A program made the position numbers and the translations under genes. The notes beneath the pieces were generated by a model. That model was not told where the DNA came from. It was given only the letters and a program-made list of their open reading frames with translations, and searched no databases. 64,000 nucleotides of DNA, taken from NCBI GenBank assembly GCA_015066395.1, contig SVOL01000006.1, positions 10,218 through 74,217 of the forward strand, given 5' to 3'. Positions 1 to 9,218 of the stretch are shown here, piece after piece (position 1 is the stretch's first letter; every line of letters begins with the position of its first letter). This DNA is from Oscillospiraceae bacterium (GTDB lineage: Bacteria; Bacillota; Clostridia; Oscillospirales; Acutalibacteraceae).

Positions 1-391
1 TCTGTTGGCTGTCACAGCTTATCTCAACTCTATCAATAGATATGCCGCCATCGGAAGAAATATTAGTATACACCTCTAAATTCTTGTACTCGCACCCGTT
101 TTGCCGAAGCAATTCTCCGATATATTCCTCAACCGAACGCTCGGAGTATTGAGCGGTTATCGTCTCGACGGCTGACGCATCGAACTCGATACGCTCTGCT
201 TCTGCCGCTTTTTTGGGGTTTAATTCAATTCCCTGCCTCGACACGGTCAGTATAACGACCGCGATCAGCGAAACGCCGACTATTGATTTAAAGAATTTGC
301 CCATATTGCCGGCCGGAGTGAACACAAGTATCAATCCGTAGATTATAAAAGACACAGTCAAAACTGTGATTATGTACTTTAGATCATCCAT
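1..391 (-). CDS. spoIIIAF: stage III sporulation protein AF (N-terminal part; 3' end lies beyond window start)
   Basis: Manual minus-strand translation from ATG at 391 (MDDLKYIITVLTVSFIIYGLILVFTPAGNMGKFFKSIVGVSLIAVVILTV...) stays open to the window edge. Two N-terminal hydrophobic segments. Starts 10 nt after the spoIIIAE stop, in canonical operon order. Confidence 0.6.
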   Translation of the reverse strand, partial: MDDLKYIITVLTVSFIIYGLILVFTPAGNMGKFFKSIVGVSLIAVVILTVSRQGIELNPKKAAEAERIEFDASAVETITAQYSERSVEEYIGELLRQNGCEYKNLEVYTNISSDGGISIDRVEISCDSQQ

Positions 392-400
392 TATTTTACC

Positions 401-1504
401 TCAAACCAATGATATGACCGTTACGGAAAGAGTAAAAAGCAAAAAACTCAGCACCGTAACTCCCAGACACAACGAAAAACAGCTTTCGACCGAGTTTATC
501 AACAGCACGGCCTTTTTAAGATTCAGTATTTCAGACACCACACGGCACAAAAACACCGATAACTTCCACAGCACGATATCGGCAATGACCGGTGCTAAGA
601 TCACACCGACCGCAACAACTGCATATATCGAGGCCGATGAAGCGAGTAATTTCAAAGAACCGCTGATAGTACCGATCGACTCGGCTATCACATTTCCCAC
701 AACAGGCACCGCTGAACCTGCAACAAACTTCAAAGTTCGTAGCCCTAAGTTATCGGCCGGTGCAGTCACAAGCGACTGCAATCCAAGAACCCCCAAAAAC
801 ACGGTCGAGACCGCCGTCAGTACCCACATCGAAAATTTTGTTATTGATTTGGCAAGAGATGTGAAATCAATATCCTTTAAAAATGCTGAACCTATTTGCA
901 AAGACAACTGCATTCCGCAAAGCGGCACGACCAGAAACGATGATGCCTGTTGCAAGAACTGGCAGACAGTAAGTAAGGTCGCCGATGCTACAGATGCGGT
1001 CAAGGCCTTTCCCTTGGCCGCCAAAAGTCCGGCAAAGATAGGTACAAAAGACGAAAAGAAGGCACCTGCTGCTTTTAAGGCATCTCCGAAAACGGCAACT
1101 ACCGACGATACCGGCAAAACCAGGAAGATCATAATACTCAATAAGCAAAGATATTCCAAAGCGTTGCTGTCGGGTTTGAACTGCATCACGATCGCGCTTA
1201 AGATCAGTACGGCTATCAGCGAAACCGCGGCCGCAAGCGGTCTTTTAAACCCGCTTTTAAAGAGCAGTAATATCTCGTTAAAAATATTATCGACCGAAAG
1301 ATTTTCCAACTGCTTTTTGTAATCGGATATACTGTACTTCTCTAATTTTTCTTTTACATCCTTTTCGAGAACGAGATCAGATTCGTTGATCAGTTCATCC
1401 TTCAAATCTTCGTAAACACCGACACCTTCCGTACCAGCCGCTTTAACGCGGTAAGGGCACGCGAAAAAGAGAAAACACAATAAAACACAAAAAAATCCTT
1501 TCAC
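401..1504 (-). CDS. spoIIIAE: stage III sporulation protein AE
   Basis: 367 aa with signal peptide and multiple TM segments. Lies between spoIIIAD and AF in the operon. Confidence 0.85.
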   Translation of the reverse strand: MKGFFCVLLCFLFFACPYRVKAAGTEGVGVYEDLKDELINESDLVLEKDVKEKLEKYSISDYKKQLENLSVDNIFNEILLLFKSGFKRPLAAAVSLIAVLILSAIVMQFKPDSNALEYLCLLSIMIFLVLPVSSVVAVFGDALKAAGAFFSSFVPIFAGLLAAKGKALTASVASATLLTVCQFLQQASSFLVVPLCGMQLSLQIGSAFLKDIDFTSLAKSITKFSMWVLTAVSTVFLGVLGLQSLVTAPADNLGLRTLKFVAGSAVPVVGNVIAESIGTISGSLKLLASSASIYAVVAVGVILAPVIADIVLWKLSVFLCRVVSEILNLKKAVLLINSVESCFSLCLGVTVLSFLLFTLSVTVISLV

Positions 1505-1890
1505 TTTATCAACTCCACGGCTTCTGCCGCTATCTCACCGATGATCGGCAACGACAACGCCACAACGACTATCTTCCCTGCAAATTCGACCCCATTAGCT
1601 AAAGCCGTATGCCCGAAATCACGGCAGGTATTGCCTGCGAAATCGGCAATAAGACAAACGCCGAGACTTTTAATTATCACGCCGAAGATCGCACTGTCTA
1701 CCGCAAACTCTTCGAGCAATCGGCGAAGCTCAACAACTATTGCTCCCAAGTCACCAAGAACAAACAACAGTATCAAAACTGTACCCATACCTGATACGAC
1801 CAACGCCATCTCAGGTCGGTACTGCCTTATGAACACGGTTGCCGCTATTGTCACCGAGACGATGCCTAACATCTGCCAAACCGCTGTCAC
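1501..1890 (-). CDS. spoIIIAD: stage III sporulation protein AD
   Basis: 129 aa polytopic membrane protein. 4-nt overlaps with both neighbours. Operon position. Confidence 0.85.
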   Translation of the reverse strand: MTAVWQMLGIVSVTIAATVFIRQYRPEMALVVSGMGTVLILLFVLGDLGAIVVELRRLLEEFAVDSAIFGVIIKSLGVCLIADFAGNTCRDFGHTALANGVEFAGKIVVVALSLPIIGEIAAEAVELIK

Positions 1891-2081
1891 AGTCCAAACA
1901 CCGATTTTACCGTTTCAAACAGGTTGCCTATCTCGGTAACGACCATTATCAACACAACGATAAGTCCTGCAAGCGTTGTCAGCATAGCTTGCTCTTCTCG
2001 TCCCGAACGGACAAGCAGTTGATTAAGCACAGCTACGATTATACCGACACCCGCCACCTGGAAAATAAAATCAACGTCCAT
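1887..2081 (-). CDS. spoIIIAC: stage III sporulation protein AC
   Basis: 64 aa two-TM protein. Operon position between AB and AD. Confidence 0.8.
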   Translation of the reverse strand: MDVDFIFQVAGVGIIVAVLNQLLVRSGREEQAMLTTLAGLIVVLIMVVTEIGNLFETVKSVFGL

Positions 2082-2091
2082 ACATTTACCT

Positions 2092-2574
2092 TCAAATCAG
2101 AATAATAAACACCGTAAGCCCCAGCGACACAAACATCACTTTATAAAGCCTGCCTCTGTCTTTGGCCGACTCCTCGGCGGCCTTGAGCAAACTGCCGAAA
2201 CGGTTTGAAAATATCTCACAGTGCTTTTTTTGCTGTTCAAAACTGCCGTTACCCAAACTCACGAAAAAGTCAGCTATTTCTTCGGCATCGCCCAACTCGA
2301 TACGGTTGTTGATAAAAAGCCGCTTCAACGCAGTGTGATCGTTTATCACGCCTTTGTCTATAGTTGCAAGATACTTAAATCCCTCTCCCGACTCGCGGCT
2401 GAGTATCTCAAAAATACTCTCACCGCCGTCGAGCATCGACAACGGCAATCTGGCCGTGAGATCACAGAAAAAACGCAGATATTTCTTACGCAGGATCAAT
2501 TTTTCGTTTATAATAAATCCCGGCAAAGTCACGGCTAACGACAGCAAAATAACACCAACGAACTTAACCGACAT
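2092..2574 (-). CDS. spoIIIAB: stage III sporulation protein AB
   Basis: 160 aa with an N-terminal TM segment. Overlaps the spoIIIAA stop. Confidence 0.8.
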   Translation of the reverse strand: MSVKFVGVILLSLAVTLPGFIINEKLILRKKYLRFFCDLTARLPLSMLDGGESIFEILSRESGEGFKYLATIDKGVINDHTALKRLFINNRIELGDAEEIADFFVSLGNGSFEQQKKHCEIFSNRFGSLLKAAEESAKDRGRLYKVMFVSLGLTVFIILI

Positions 2575-3538
2575 TCAATTCACTAAATGTAGAATCGAGA
2601 CACACTTTCCCACCTCTGTCAGTCACCCTGAAAACCTTTGGTGCGATACCGACAGACGGCACAAAACAAAAGTGTTTTATAGCGCCCGACCGCAGTATCT
2701 CCATAGCAGCCGAACGGTCGTATACCTCATCGACCGACCCGAGATGAACCGTCGTAAAGATATCCACGCCCGAAAAGAAAGCGCGCCTTACTTCTATTGC
2801 CTCTTCCTTACTGAATATCTCATCAAACGCCACGACCTGCGGATTAAGCGTCCGCACCGCCATTTCTATACCCTTAGCCTTCTCGACCGAGCTTATAACA
2901 TCGCAATTAGGACCGAGATCGTTACCGGGAATGCCGTTATTAACGGCGGCGATCTCGCCTCTTGTATCGACGACTGCAACTCTTCTCCGCTCGGTCAGCG
3001 AGCCCGTTGATACAAGTCTTATCGCATCACGCAAAAGTGTTGTTTTACCGCTTGACGGCGGACCGGCTATCAGCAATCCGCCGCACAAAAAATTAGCGAT
3101 CGGCAGAGCACAACCTTTATACTCTGTGGCGAGACGGATGTTAATAGACGAAATCGAGCGGAACGAGGAAATTTTTCCGTCCTCATAAATAGCTGTAGCC
3201 GCAAGACCTGCCCTGCAACCGTTTTTAAGCGTTATGTAACCGTTTTTGATCTGCTGATTGTAGGCATAGACCGACGAATTGCACATATTGCGGAAGGTCG
3301 TGTTTATATCCTCCGAGCTCACAATGTAAAGTCCCTGCTGCAACAAGTGGCAAAGCGAACCGCCAACCGAAACATAGAGATTTTCTCCACCCACGGTAAC
3401 ACTCAACGGTCTGCCCGAACGCAATCGTATCTCAGCCGCACCGAAAACCGCTCTTGTCGGAAGTTTCGACAGTATGTCCGCTATGGGTTTTGGGAAATAA
3501 TCAAGCGTTTCATTAAAAACTTCATACTTGTTTTTCAT
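2564..3538 (-). CDS. spoIIIAA: stage III sporulation protein AA (ATPase)
   Basis: 324 aa. Walker A motif GPPSSGKTTLLRD. First gene of the spoIIIA operon. Confidence 0.9.
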   Translation of the reverse strand: MKNKYEVFNETLDYFPKPIADILSKLPTRAVFGAAEIRLRSGRPLSVTVGGENLYVSVGGSLCHLLQQGLYIVSSEDINTTFRNMCNSSVYAYNQQIKNGYITLKNGCRAGLAATAIYEDGKISSFRSISSINIRLATEYKGCALPIANFLCGGLLIAGPPSSGKTTLLRDAIRLVSTGSLTERRRVAVVDTRGEIAAVNNGIPGNDLGPNCDVISSVEKAKGIEMAVRTLNPQVVAFDEIFSKEEAIEVRRAFFSGVDIFTTVHLGSVDEVYDRSAAMEILRSGAIKHFCFVPSVGIAPKVFRVTDRGGKVCLDSTFSELNVG

Positions 3539-3603
3539 AACTGCACGTCCTTTCCTTGCTCTACAGAATAGTATGAGACAACCCTAAGGTTTAGAACAGA
3601 ACA

Positions 3604-3634
3604 AAATAAAAAACGGAGCCGAAGCTCCGTTTTA
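3604..3634 (-). terminator. intrinsic terminator after murC
   Basis: Stem ACGGAGC / GCTCCGT with a 4-nt loop, followed by a T-run on the minus strand. Confidence 0.7.
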
Positions 3635-3642
3635 AACTAAAA

Positions 3643-5040
3643 TCATTTATTAAACATTTCCCGCATCATATAGGCCGACTTGTAAATATCGCCGCCACCC
3701 ATCGTGATGATTATATCACCCTTTTGGGCCAAGCGGACCGCCGTGCTCGCGGCTTCTTCAAGACCCGAAACACAAGTAGCACTTCTAAGTCCTTCGGCCA
3801 GATGTTCCGACATAATACCGCTGGTATTGACCTCACGCGAGCCCATTATCGGCGTTAAAATGACCTTGTCGGCAATCGACAGAGCATCAATAAAGTCATT
3901 TTTAAGCAATTCGGTTCGTGAGAAAGTAAACGGTTGGAACACAGCGATGACATTCTTGAAATTCAACTGCTTTGCGGCGTTAAGTGTGGCCTTAATCTCG
4001 GTTGGATGATGAGCGTAATCATCGACCAGCATAATGCCATTGAACTCACCCAACTTTTCAAATCTTCGACCTGCACCGCCAAAGGCTTCGAGTCCCTTCT
4101 TTATTCCATCATCCGGCACGCCGTAATAACGGCAGGCGGCAACAACGCTCAGAGCGTTCATCACATTATGCTTGCCCGGCACCGAAAGAGAGAGGTCAAA
4201 AAGGTATTCTCCCTTGAAATTTACCTTAAATTTAAAACCAAGACTTGCAGGTTCTATATCAGTTGCGGTATAATCATTGTGTGAGCCTTGACCAAAGGTT
4301 ATCTTCTCACCCTTAAATCCTGATGCGGCCTTGACGCAAAGCTCATCATCGCCGTTGATAACGGCGACCTTGGAAAGCTCTAAAAACTTGGCAAACGAAG
4401 CGACAAGATTATCCATCGTCTTGAAATAATCGAGATGGTCGTTGTCGATATTAAGCAATACCGCCATGTGGGGTGAAAGTTTTAAAAAGGTATCAACAAA
4501 CTCGCAGGACTCGCAGACCATATAGTCTGACTTGCCGGCTCTACCGTTAGCGTTGATAAGCGGCAACCGACCGCCGATAACAGCCGTCGGATCATAACCG
4601 TTCATAATAAGAACCTGTGCAACGGCCGATGAGGTTGTAGTCTTACCGTGAGTGCCGCAAACACCGATGACCTTCTTAAATCGGCGGGTTATGGCACCAA
4701 GCATTTCGGAACGCTCCATCGTCGGAATGTTCAGTTTATCGGCTTCGACCAATTCGGGGTTATCTTTAGAGATCGCCGCCGAATAAACGACCAGGTCGGC
4801 ACCGTGGACATTTGATGCCGCGTGACCCATTTTGACATCGACACCCAAAGCACGTACTCTTTTTAACGGATCACTTTCGTTAACGTCTGAACCCGAAAGT
4901 GTAAATCCTTCGGAATGCAGTATTTCGGCCAGCGGACACATACCCGAACCGCCGACACCGATCATATGGATCCTCTTAGCATTTATGATCAAATCGTCTC
5001 TGTTTTTCATAAGGCACTTCCCTTGAAATTCTTTATCCAT
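3643..5040 (-). CDS. murC: UDP-N-acetylmuramate--L-alanine ligase
   Basis: 465 aa. Motifs GVGGSGM and GTHGKTTT typical of Mur ligases, with a MurC-type N-terminus. Confidence 0.95.
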   Translation of the reverse strand: MDKEFQGKCLMKNRDDLIINAKRIHMIGVGGSGMCPLAEILHSEGFTLSGSDVNESDPLKRVRALGVDVKMGHAASNVHGADLVVYSAAISKDNPELVEADKLNIPTMERSEMLGAITRRFKKVIGVCGTHGKTTTSSAVAQVLIMNGYDPTAVIGGRLPLINANGRAGKSDYMVCESCEFVDTFLKLSPHMAVLLNIDNDHLDYFKTMDNLVASFAKFLELSKVAVINGDDELCVKAASGFKGEKITFGQGSHNDYTATDIEPASLGFKFKVNFKGEYLFDLSLSVPGKHNVMNALSVVAACRYYGVPDDGIKKGLEAFGGAGRRFEKLGEFNGIMLVDDYAHHPTEIKATLNAAKQLNFKNVIAVFQPFTFSRTELLKNDFIDALSIADKVILTPIMGSREVNTSGIMSEHLAEGLRSATCVSGLEEAASTAVRLAQKGDIIITMGGGDIYKSAYMMREMFNK

Positions 5041-5090
5041 TTAATTATACAATCTAAACTCGGAAAAATAAACAAAAATTTTGGAAAGAA

Positions 5091-6266
5091 GTGAAAAAAT
5101 TGAATATTTCACTGCCCGAACACGTCCTGACAGCTTTAAACACTCTTGAATCAAACGGTTTTGAGTGCTACTGTGTCGGCGGAGCAATACGGGATATCAT
5201 CCTTGGTAAAAAGCCCTTTGATTTTGATATCACGACCAACGCCACGCCTGATGACATTACGAGGATTTTTGACCACACGGTTCCAACCGGTTTAAAGCAC
5301 GGCACTGTCACGGTCGTTATCGACAAAAACAACATTGAAATAACGACCTACCGCAGCGAAGATGACTACTCCGATCACCGCAGTCCCGACAGCGTTCGGT
5401 TCTTAAATTCGGTTGAAGGTGACGTTATGCGGCGTGATTTCACTATGAACGCCGTTCTCTATAATCCAAAAAAAGGAATTTATGATCCCGTGAACGGTCT
5501 CGGCGATATAAACGACCGACTGATCCGTGCCGTCGGCGAACCGTCAAAGCGGTTTACAGAGGACGCTCTCAGAATTATGCGTGCCTTCCGCTTTTGCGCA
5601 CAGTTGGACTTTTCTTTAGAAAAAAAGACCCTTGAGGCGGCATTAAAACTCTCCGAAACGGTCAAAATCTTAAGCCGCGAACGTATTTTCAGCGAGTTGC
5701 AAAAAACCATAACTGCCAAATTCCCTCAAAATGCCGATCCGCTTTTTGAGTGCGGCACGTTTGAATTTTTGAGATTGAATTTAAAGACATCGCTTAGTGC
5801 AGTCGCCTGCCTTCCCTGCGATTTTTCGCTAAGATTTTCTTACCTCTGCTACCTCAATTCACTCGATTGCAAGGCTGTTTTAAAAGCTCTGAAATCGGAT
5901 AACGAAACAGTCTCTGAATGCGAAAAACTGTTAGGACTTTTTAATTCCGATGCACCGAAAACTAAATACGAATTAAAAATACTCTTAAATCAATTCGGAA
6001 TTGAGTCTGTTCAAAAAGTTTTAAACAGTAGTTTTGAATTTTTTGCTAACACCAAAGAACTGAAAGCTCTGCTGAACGACATCATTACAGCAGACGAGCC
6101 TTATAAGATCAGCCATTTAAGTATAGGCGGCAACGAGCTTAAGGCTTTGGGCTTCGAGGGTGAGCAGATAGGAGCAGTACTTGCAAAGCTTTTGGACAAG
6201 GTAATGCAGGCACCTGAACTCAACAATTCCGAAACTCTAAAAAAATTAGCCGTAACTATAGAGTGA
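5091..6266 (+). CDS. cca: CCA-adding tRNA nucleotidyltransferase / poly(A) polymerase family protein
   Basis: 391 aa. N-terminal YCVGGAIRD nucleotidyltransferase head motif. Confidence 0.8.
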   Translation: MKKLNISLPEHVLTALNTLESNGFECYCVGGAIRDIILGKKPFDFDITTNATPDDITRIFDHTVPTGLKHGTVTVVIDKNNIEITTYRSEDDYSDHRSPDSVRFLNSVEGDVMRRDFTMNAVLYNPKKGIYDPVNGLGDINDRLIRAVGEPSKRFTEDALRIMRAFRFCAQLDFSLEKKTLEAALKLSETVKILSRERIFSELQKTITAKFPQNADPLFECGTFEFLRLNLKTSLSAVACLPCDFSLRFSYLCYLNSLDCKAVLKALKSDNETVSECEKLLGLFNSDAPKTKYELKILLNQFGIESVQKVLNSSFEFFANTKELKALLNDIITADEPYKISHLSIGGNELKALGFEGEQIGAVLAKLLDKVMQAPELNNSETLKKLAVTIE

Positions 6267-6345
6267 CAAATTATAAAACACCTCATAAAATGTTAAAAAG
6301 GCCTATTGGTCTTACATTTTTGAGGTGTTTTTTTCGGAGGTAATT

Positions 6346-7182
6346 ATGGATCTACTATGTGTCGGCGGTGACCGCAGAACTCTTTTTATGAGTGAATTTC
6401 TGCACAACAAAGGCTTTAAGATCAACCACATCGGCTTGGGAACGACCGCGGACACTCCGCTTTGTACCGCCATCAAGACAGCCGACGCAGTTCTCTTGCC
6501 GTTACCTGTTTCGAGCGACAACAAAACTGTCAGAACGCCTTTGGCAAAAGAAGTCATCTATCTTGATGACATCGTTTTATGCCGACCGAAGTTAGTATTG
6601 GGCGGTATGATAAACAACGGATTGTGTACGGCATTGCTAAACGATAATATTCCGTTTTTTGACTATTACAAGAGCGAACCGTTAACTCTTAAAAATGCTC
6701 TGTTGACGGCCGAGGCTGCTGTTTCCATTGCTATTAAAGAAACCGAATTTTCGCTCTTCGGTTCCTCCTCTTTAGTACTCGGCTACGGTCGAATCGGCAA
6801 AATCGTTTCACGGTATTTAAAAGCTTTAGGCGCTTATGTTACCGCAACCTCACGCAACGACGGAACGCTGGCCGGTATAGCGACGGACGGATATACACCG
6901 ATGAATACTGCCGATATTCTCGAGAATGCAGATCAATTTGACCTCGTTTTTAACACCGTACCTTCACCGATAATGAACCGCCAATTCTTTGGCTCTTTGA
7001 AAAAACATTGTCTTGTTTTGGACCTTGCCACCAACTCAAGGTTGGATCTCTCGGCCGCCGAAGAATACAAGATAAACACCTTGTGCCTGCCCGGACTGCC
7101 AGGCAAATTTTTCCCGAAAACTGCCGGCGAACTTATCGGAGCAGAAATTTTAAACATTTTAAAACAACAGAAAGAGGAATGA
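6346..7182 (+). CDS. dpaA: dipicolinate synthase subunit A
   Basis: Start moved to ATG 6346 (GGAGG 7 nt upstream; MDLLCVGGDRR...). NAD-binding GYGRIGK motif. ATGA overlap with dpaB. Confidence 0.85.
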   Translation: MDLLCVGGDRRTLFMSEFLHNKGFKINHIGLGTTADTPLCTAIKTADAVLLPLPVSSDNKTVRTPLAKEVIYLDDIVLCRPKLVLGGMINNGLCTALLNDNIPFFDYYKSEPLTLKNALLTAEAAVSIAIKETEFSLFGSSSLVLGYGRIGKIVSRYLKALGAYVTATSRNDGTLAGIATDGYTPMNTADILENADQFDLVFNTVPSPIMNRQFFGSLKKHCLVLDLATNSRLDLSAAEEYKINTLCLPGLPGKFFPKTAGELIGAEILNILKQQKEE

Positions 7183-7757
7183 CAGCAATGAACGAAACCA
7201 TAGGGTTTGCCTTTTGCGGTTCATTCTGCACCCTCAAAAAGGGTGTAGCTGCACTAAGACAACTGCAAGAAGCAGGCTATAATATCCTTCCTATCTTTTC
7301 AGAAATAGTTTACAGTACCGATACGCGGTTTTATAAAGCAAATGACTTGATAGATGAGGTCGAACACATCTGCAACAACAAAATAATCCACACCATTAAA
7401 GATGCAGAGCCGATAGGACCAAAGAAAATGCTGGATATTCTGGTTATTGCCCCCTGCACCGGTAATACTTTAGGAAAATTGGCAGCCGGTATTACCGATA
7501 CATCGGTCACAATGGCGGCCAAAGCACACCTGCGAAACGAACGGCCGTTACTGATAGCACCGTCTACCAACGATGCCTTAAGCAACAGCGCCAAAAACAT
7601 AGGTCTGTTATTAAACGCTAAAAACGTCTACTTTGTACCGTTCGGAGAAGACGATCCAACCTCAAAACACCGCTCTTGTGTTGCAGATTTCACACTTATC
7701 CCGTCCTCAATACAAGCCGCACTAGAAGGCGAACAATTACAACCGATAATTAAGTGA
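7179..7757 (+). CDS. dpaB: dipicolinate synthase subunit B (flavoprotein)
   Basis: MTAMNETIGFAFCGSFCT... flavoprotein-type N-terminus. Translationally coupled to dpaA. Confidence 0.85.
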   Translation: MTAMNETIGFAFCGSFCTLKKGVAALRQLQEAGYNILPIFSEIVYSTDTRFYKANDLIDEVEHICNNKIIHTIKDAEPIGPKKMLDILVIAPCTGNTLGKLAAGITDTSVTMAAKAHLRNERPLLIAPSTNDALSNSAKNIGLLLNAKNVYFVPFGEDDPTSKHRSCVADFTLIPSSIQAALEGEQLQPIIK

Positions 7758-7763
7758 CAGAAA

Positions 7764-7788
7764 AAGAGCCGTCATTGACGGCTCTTTA
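7764..7788. terminator. bidirectional intrinsic terminator
   Basis: 11-bp stem AAAGAGCCGTC / GACGGCTCTTT with a 3-nt loop. A/T runs on both sides. Confidence 0.8.
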
Positions 7789-8008
7789 AATTACTTGTAC
7801 ATTGGATTCACCTTTACCTAAATTTCGTTCACTCTGATGTTTCTCAAAACAAATGTAATCATAATTTTAATGATCACTCCTTTTAAGGAAACTCATCGGA
7901 GTGTGTGCTTTAGGCCGCACACAGGCCGGTCTGAAAGATTTCTTCTACTGACATCTTTGCCAGCCTCCTCACTTTTCAGTCATTTTTATTTACGCCTCTT
8001 TTCTTTCT
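7789..8008 (-). ncRNA. orphan promoter-to-terminator unit (about 245 nt including the 7764-7788 terminator); candidate sRNA or micropeptide mRNA
   Basis: Consensus promoter at 8015-8043 and terminator at 7764-7788. No ORF longer than 14 codons. Two SD-preceded 14-codon mini-ORFs (7910-7954, 7818-7862). Several internal hairpins. Confidence 0.4.
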
Positions 8009-8014
8009 GGCTTT

Positions 8015-8043
8015 ATATTAACACATATTTTAGTGTTTGTCAA
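8015..8043 (-). promoter_or_regulatory. sigma-A-type promoter (TTGACA-17-TAATAT) of the orphan unit
   Basis: Minus strand: -35 TTGACA at 8043-8038, 17-nt spacer, -10 TAATAT at 8020-8015. Confidence 0.6.
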
Positions 8044-8101
8044 TAGTTTTTATCCACATTTTTGGATTTTTTTATACAAAACCAATATTTCATAAAAAAT
8101 A

Positions 8102-8130
8102 TTGACTGTAACAAATAAAAAGGTTATAAT
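8102..8130 (+). promoter_or_regulatory. sigma-A-type promoter (TTGACT-17-TATAAT) for the DUF1292 gene
   Basis: -35 at 8102-8107 and -10 at 8125-8130. Divergent from the orphan-unit promoter. Confidence 0.6.
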
Positions 8131-8194
8131 AATATTATGCACTGCAAGTTCAAGTGCTGAATGAAACATAAAATATAACCTTTGGAGGTATAAT

Positions 8195-8491
8195 ATGACT
8201 GAAGAATACAATCCCGACATAATCACGCTTGAGGACGACGAAGGAAAAGAATACACCTTTGAAGTGCTCGATCGCATTGAGACTGAGGATTCGAGATACA
8301 TCGCTCTCCTCCCTGTTTATGACGATCCGCAGAAGATGCTGGAGGACAGCGGCGAGTTGGTAATCCTTAAAGTGGTCGAGACCGACGGCGAAGAAGCCTT
8401 TGAGGATATCGAGGATGACGACGAGTACGATATGATCGTCGATGCTTTCACCGAAAGACTTCAGGATATGTTTGAAATCGAAGAGGTTTGA
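8195..8491 (+). CDS. DUF1292 family protein
   Basis: 98 aa acidic protein. ITLEDDEGKEYTFEVLDRIE...YIALLPV pattern typical of DUF1292. GGAGG RBS. Confidence 0.75.
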   Translation: MTEEYNPDIITLEDDEGKEYTFEVLDRIETEDSRYIALLPVYDDPQKMLEDSGELVILKVVETDGEEAFEDIEDDDEYDMIVDAFTERLQDMFEIEEV

Positions 8492-8510
8492 TTCCTTAAA
8501 ACAATTTAAT

Positions 8511-8697
8511 ATTTCCTGCCCTGTGCGCGAATGCTTTCCTTTATAACCCTACAAGCTACAAATCGGGAGTCAGGTCTCCGACAGTGGGTATGCAGGCCTC
8601 CCGCACTTTGCGGACGTTGGAAGCACAAAGCTGTTGGGATGACACCCACCTGCTATTCGCAGGTTATTATCGGTAGTTGTACGGCAGGGCGGGATGT
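8511..8697 (+). ncRNA. ssrS: candidate 6S-like structured RNA
   Basis: About 187 nt with no credible ORF. 5' CCTGCCCTG pairs with 3' CAGGGCGGG, and GCGAAT with ATTCGC, forming a closing stem. Internal GTGGGT/ACCCAC pairing and small hairpins. ACACCCACCT on the 3' side resembles 6S RNAs I recall. Immediately followed by a terminator. Confidence 0.4.
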
Positions 8698-8698
8698 T

Positions 8699-8735
8699 AA
8701 AAAAGACGCAAGTTTTACTTGCGTCTTTTTTATTT
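8699..8735. terminator. bidirectional intrinsic terminator
   Basis: AAAAAAGACGCAAGT ttt ACTTGCGTCTTTTTT. Serves the ncRNA candidate (+) and ybaK (-). Confidence 0.8.
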
Positions 8736-8738
8736 TGA

Positions 8739-9209
8739 TCAAACAACAGTTAAATCGGCAATTTGAGGATCAACAAAAGACAGAAGTTCGGAGCCCGACA
8801 ACATCAACTGGCAACCTCTCACTCCCGCGCTAACGGTGATCTCGTCGTACAAGGTCACAGTTTCGTCGAAAAACGTCGGAAACTTCTTTTTCATTCCAAC
8901 AGGTGAGCATCCGCCGCGGATGTAGCCGGTCAGTGCCAACAGTTCCTTGACGGCAATCAGTTCCACCCTCTTTACCTTGGCCGCGACAGCACACTTTTTA
9001 AGATCCAACTCAGCGTTGACCGGTACGCAAAAAACCACCGGACCGTTATCACCCTTGGCTACTAAAGTCTTAAACATTATATTTGGATCAAGTCCCGTTT
9101 GCTCAGCTATATGAACGCCCGAGAGATCGTTTTCATCGACCTCGTACTCGATGGCCTTATAGCTTATCTTTGCTTTATCCAACTGTCGCATTGCATTGGT
9201 CTTGTTCAC
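8739..9209 (-). CDS. ybaK: Cys-tRNA(Pro)/Cys-tRNA(Cys) deacylase YbaK/EbsC family
   Basis: 156 aa. N-terminus TNAMRQLDKAKISY and the KTL..KGD pattern are typical of YbaK. Confidence 0.85.
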   Translation of the reverse strand: MNKTNAMRQLDKAKISYKAIEYEVDENDLSGVHIAEQTGLDPNIMFKTLVAKGDNGPVVFCVPVNAELDLKKCAVAAKVKRVELIAVKELLALTGYIRGGCSPVGMKKKFPTFFDETVTLYDEITVSAGVRGCQLMLSGSELLSFVDPQIADLTVV

Positions 9210-9218
9210 TTTTTCACC

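Noticed and set aside
366-1322. 318-aa plus-strand ORF
   Set aside because: It lies antisense to spoIIIAE and has low-complexity T/A/K/S-rich composition. The opposite strand gives a clear SpoIIIAE protein in operon context.
8511-8697. SRP (4.5S/scRNA) identity for the structured RNA
   Set aside because: The invariant domain IV motif (GGAAGCAGCC next to GUCAGGUCC) is not present; only a partial GTCAGGTC match is. A 6S-like layout fits better.
8531-8833. 100-aa plus-strand ORF
   Set aside because: It spans the structured RNA candidate, a strong terminator and the antisense of ybaK. It is not a plausible gene.
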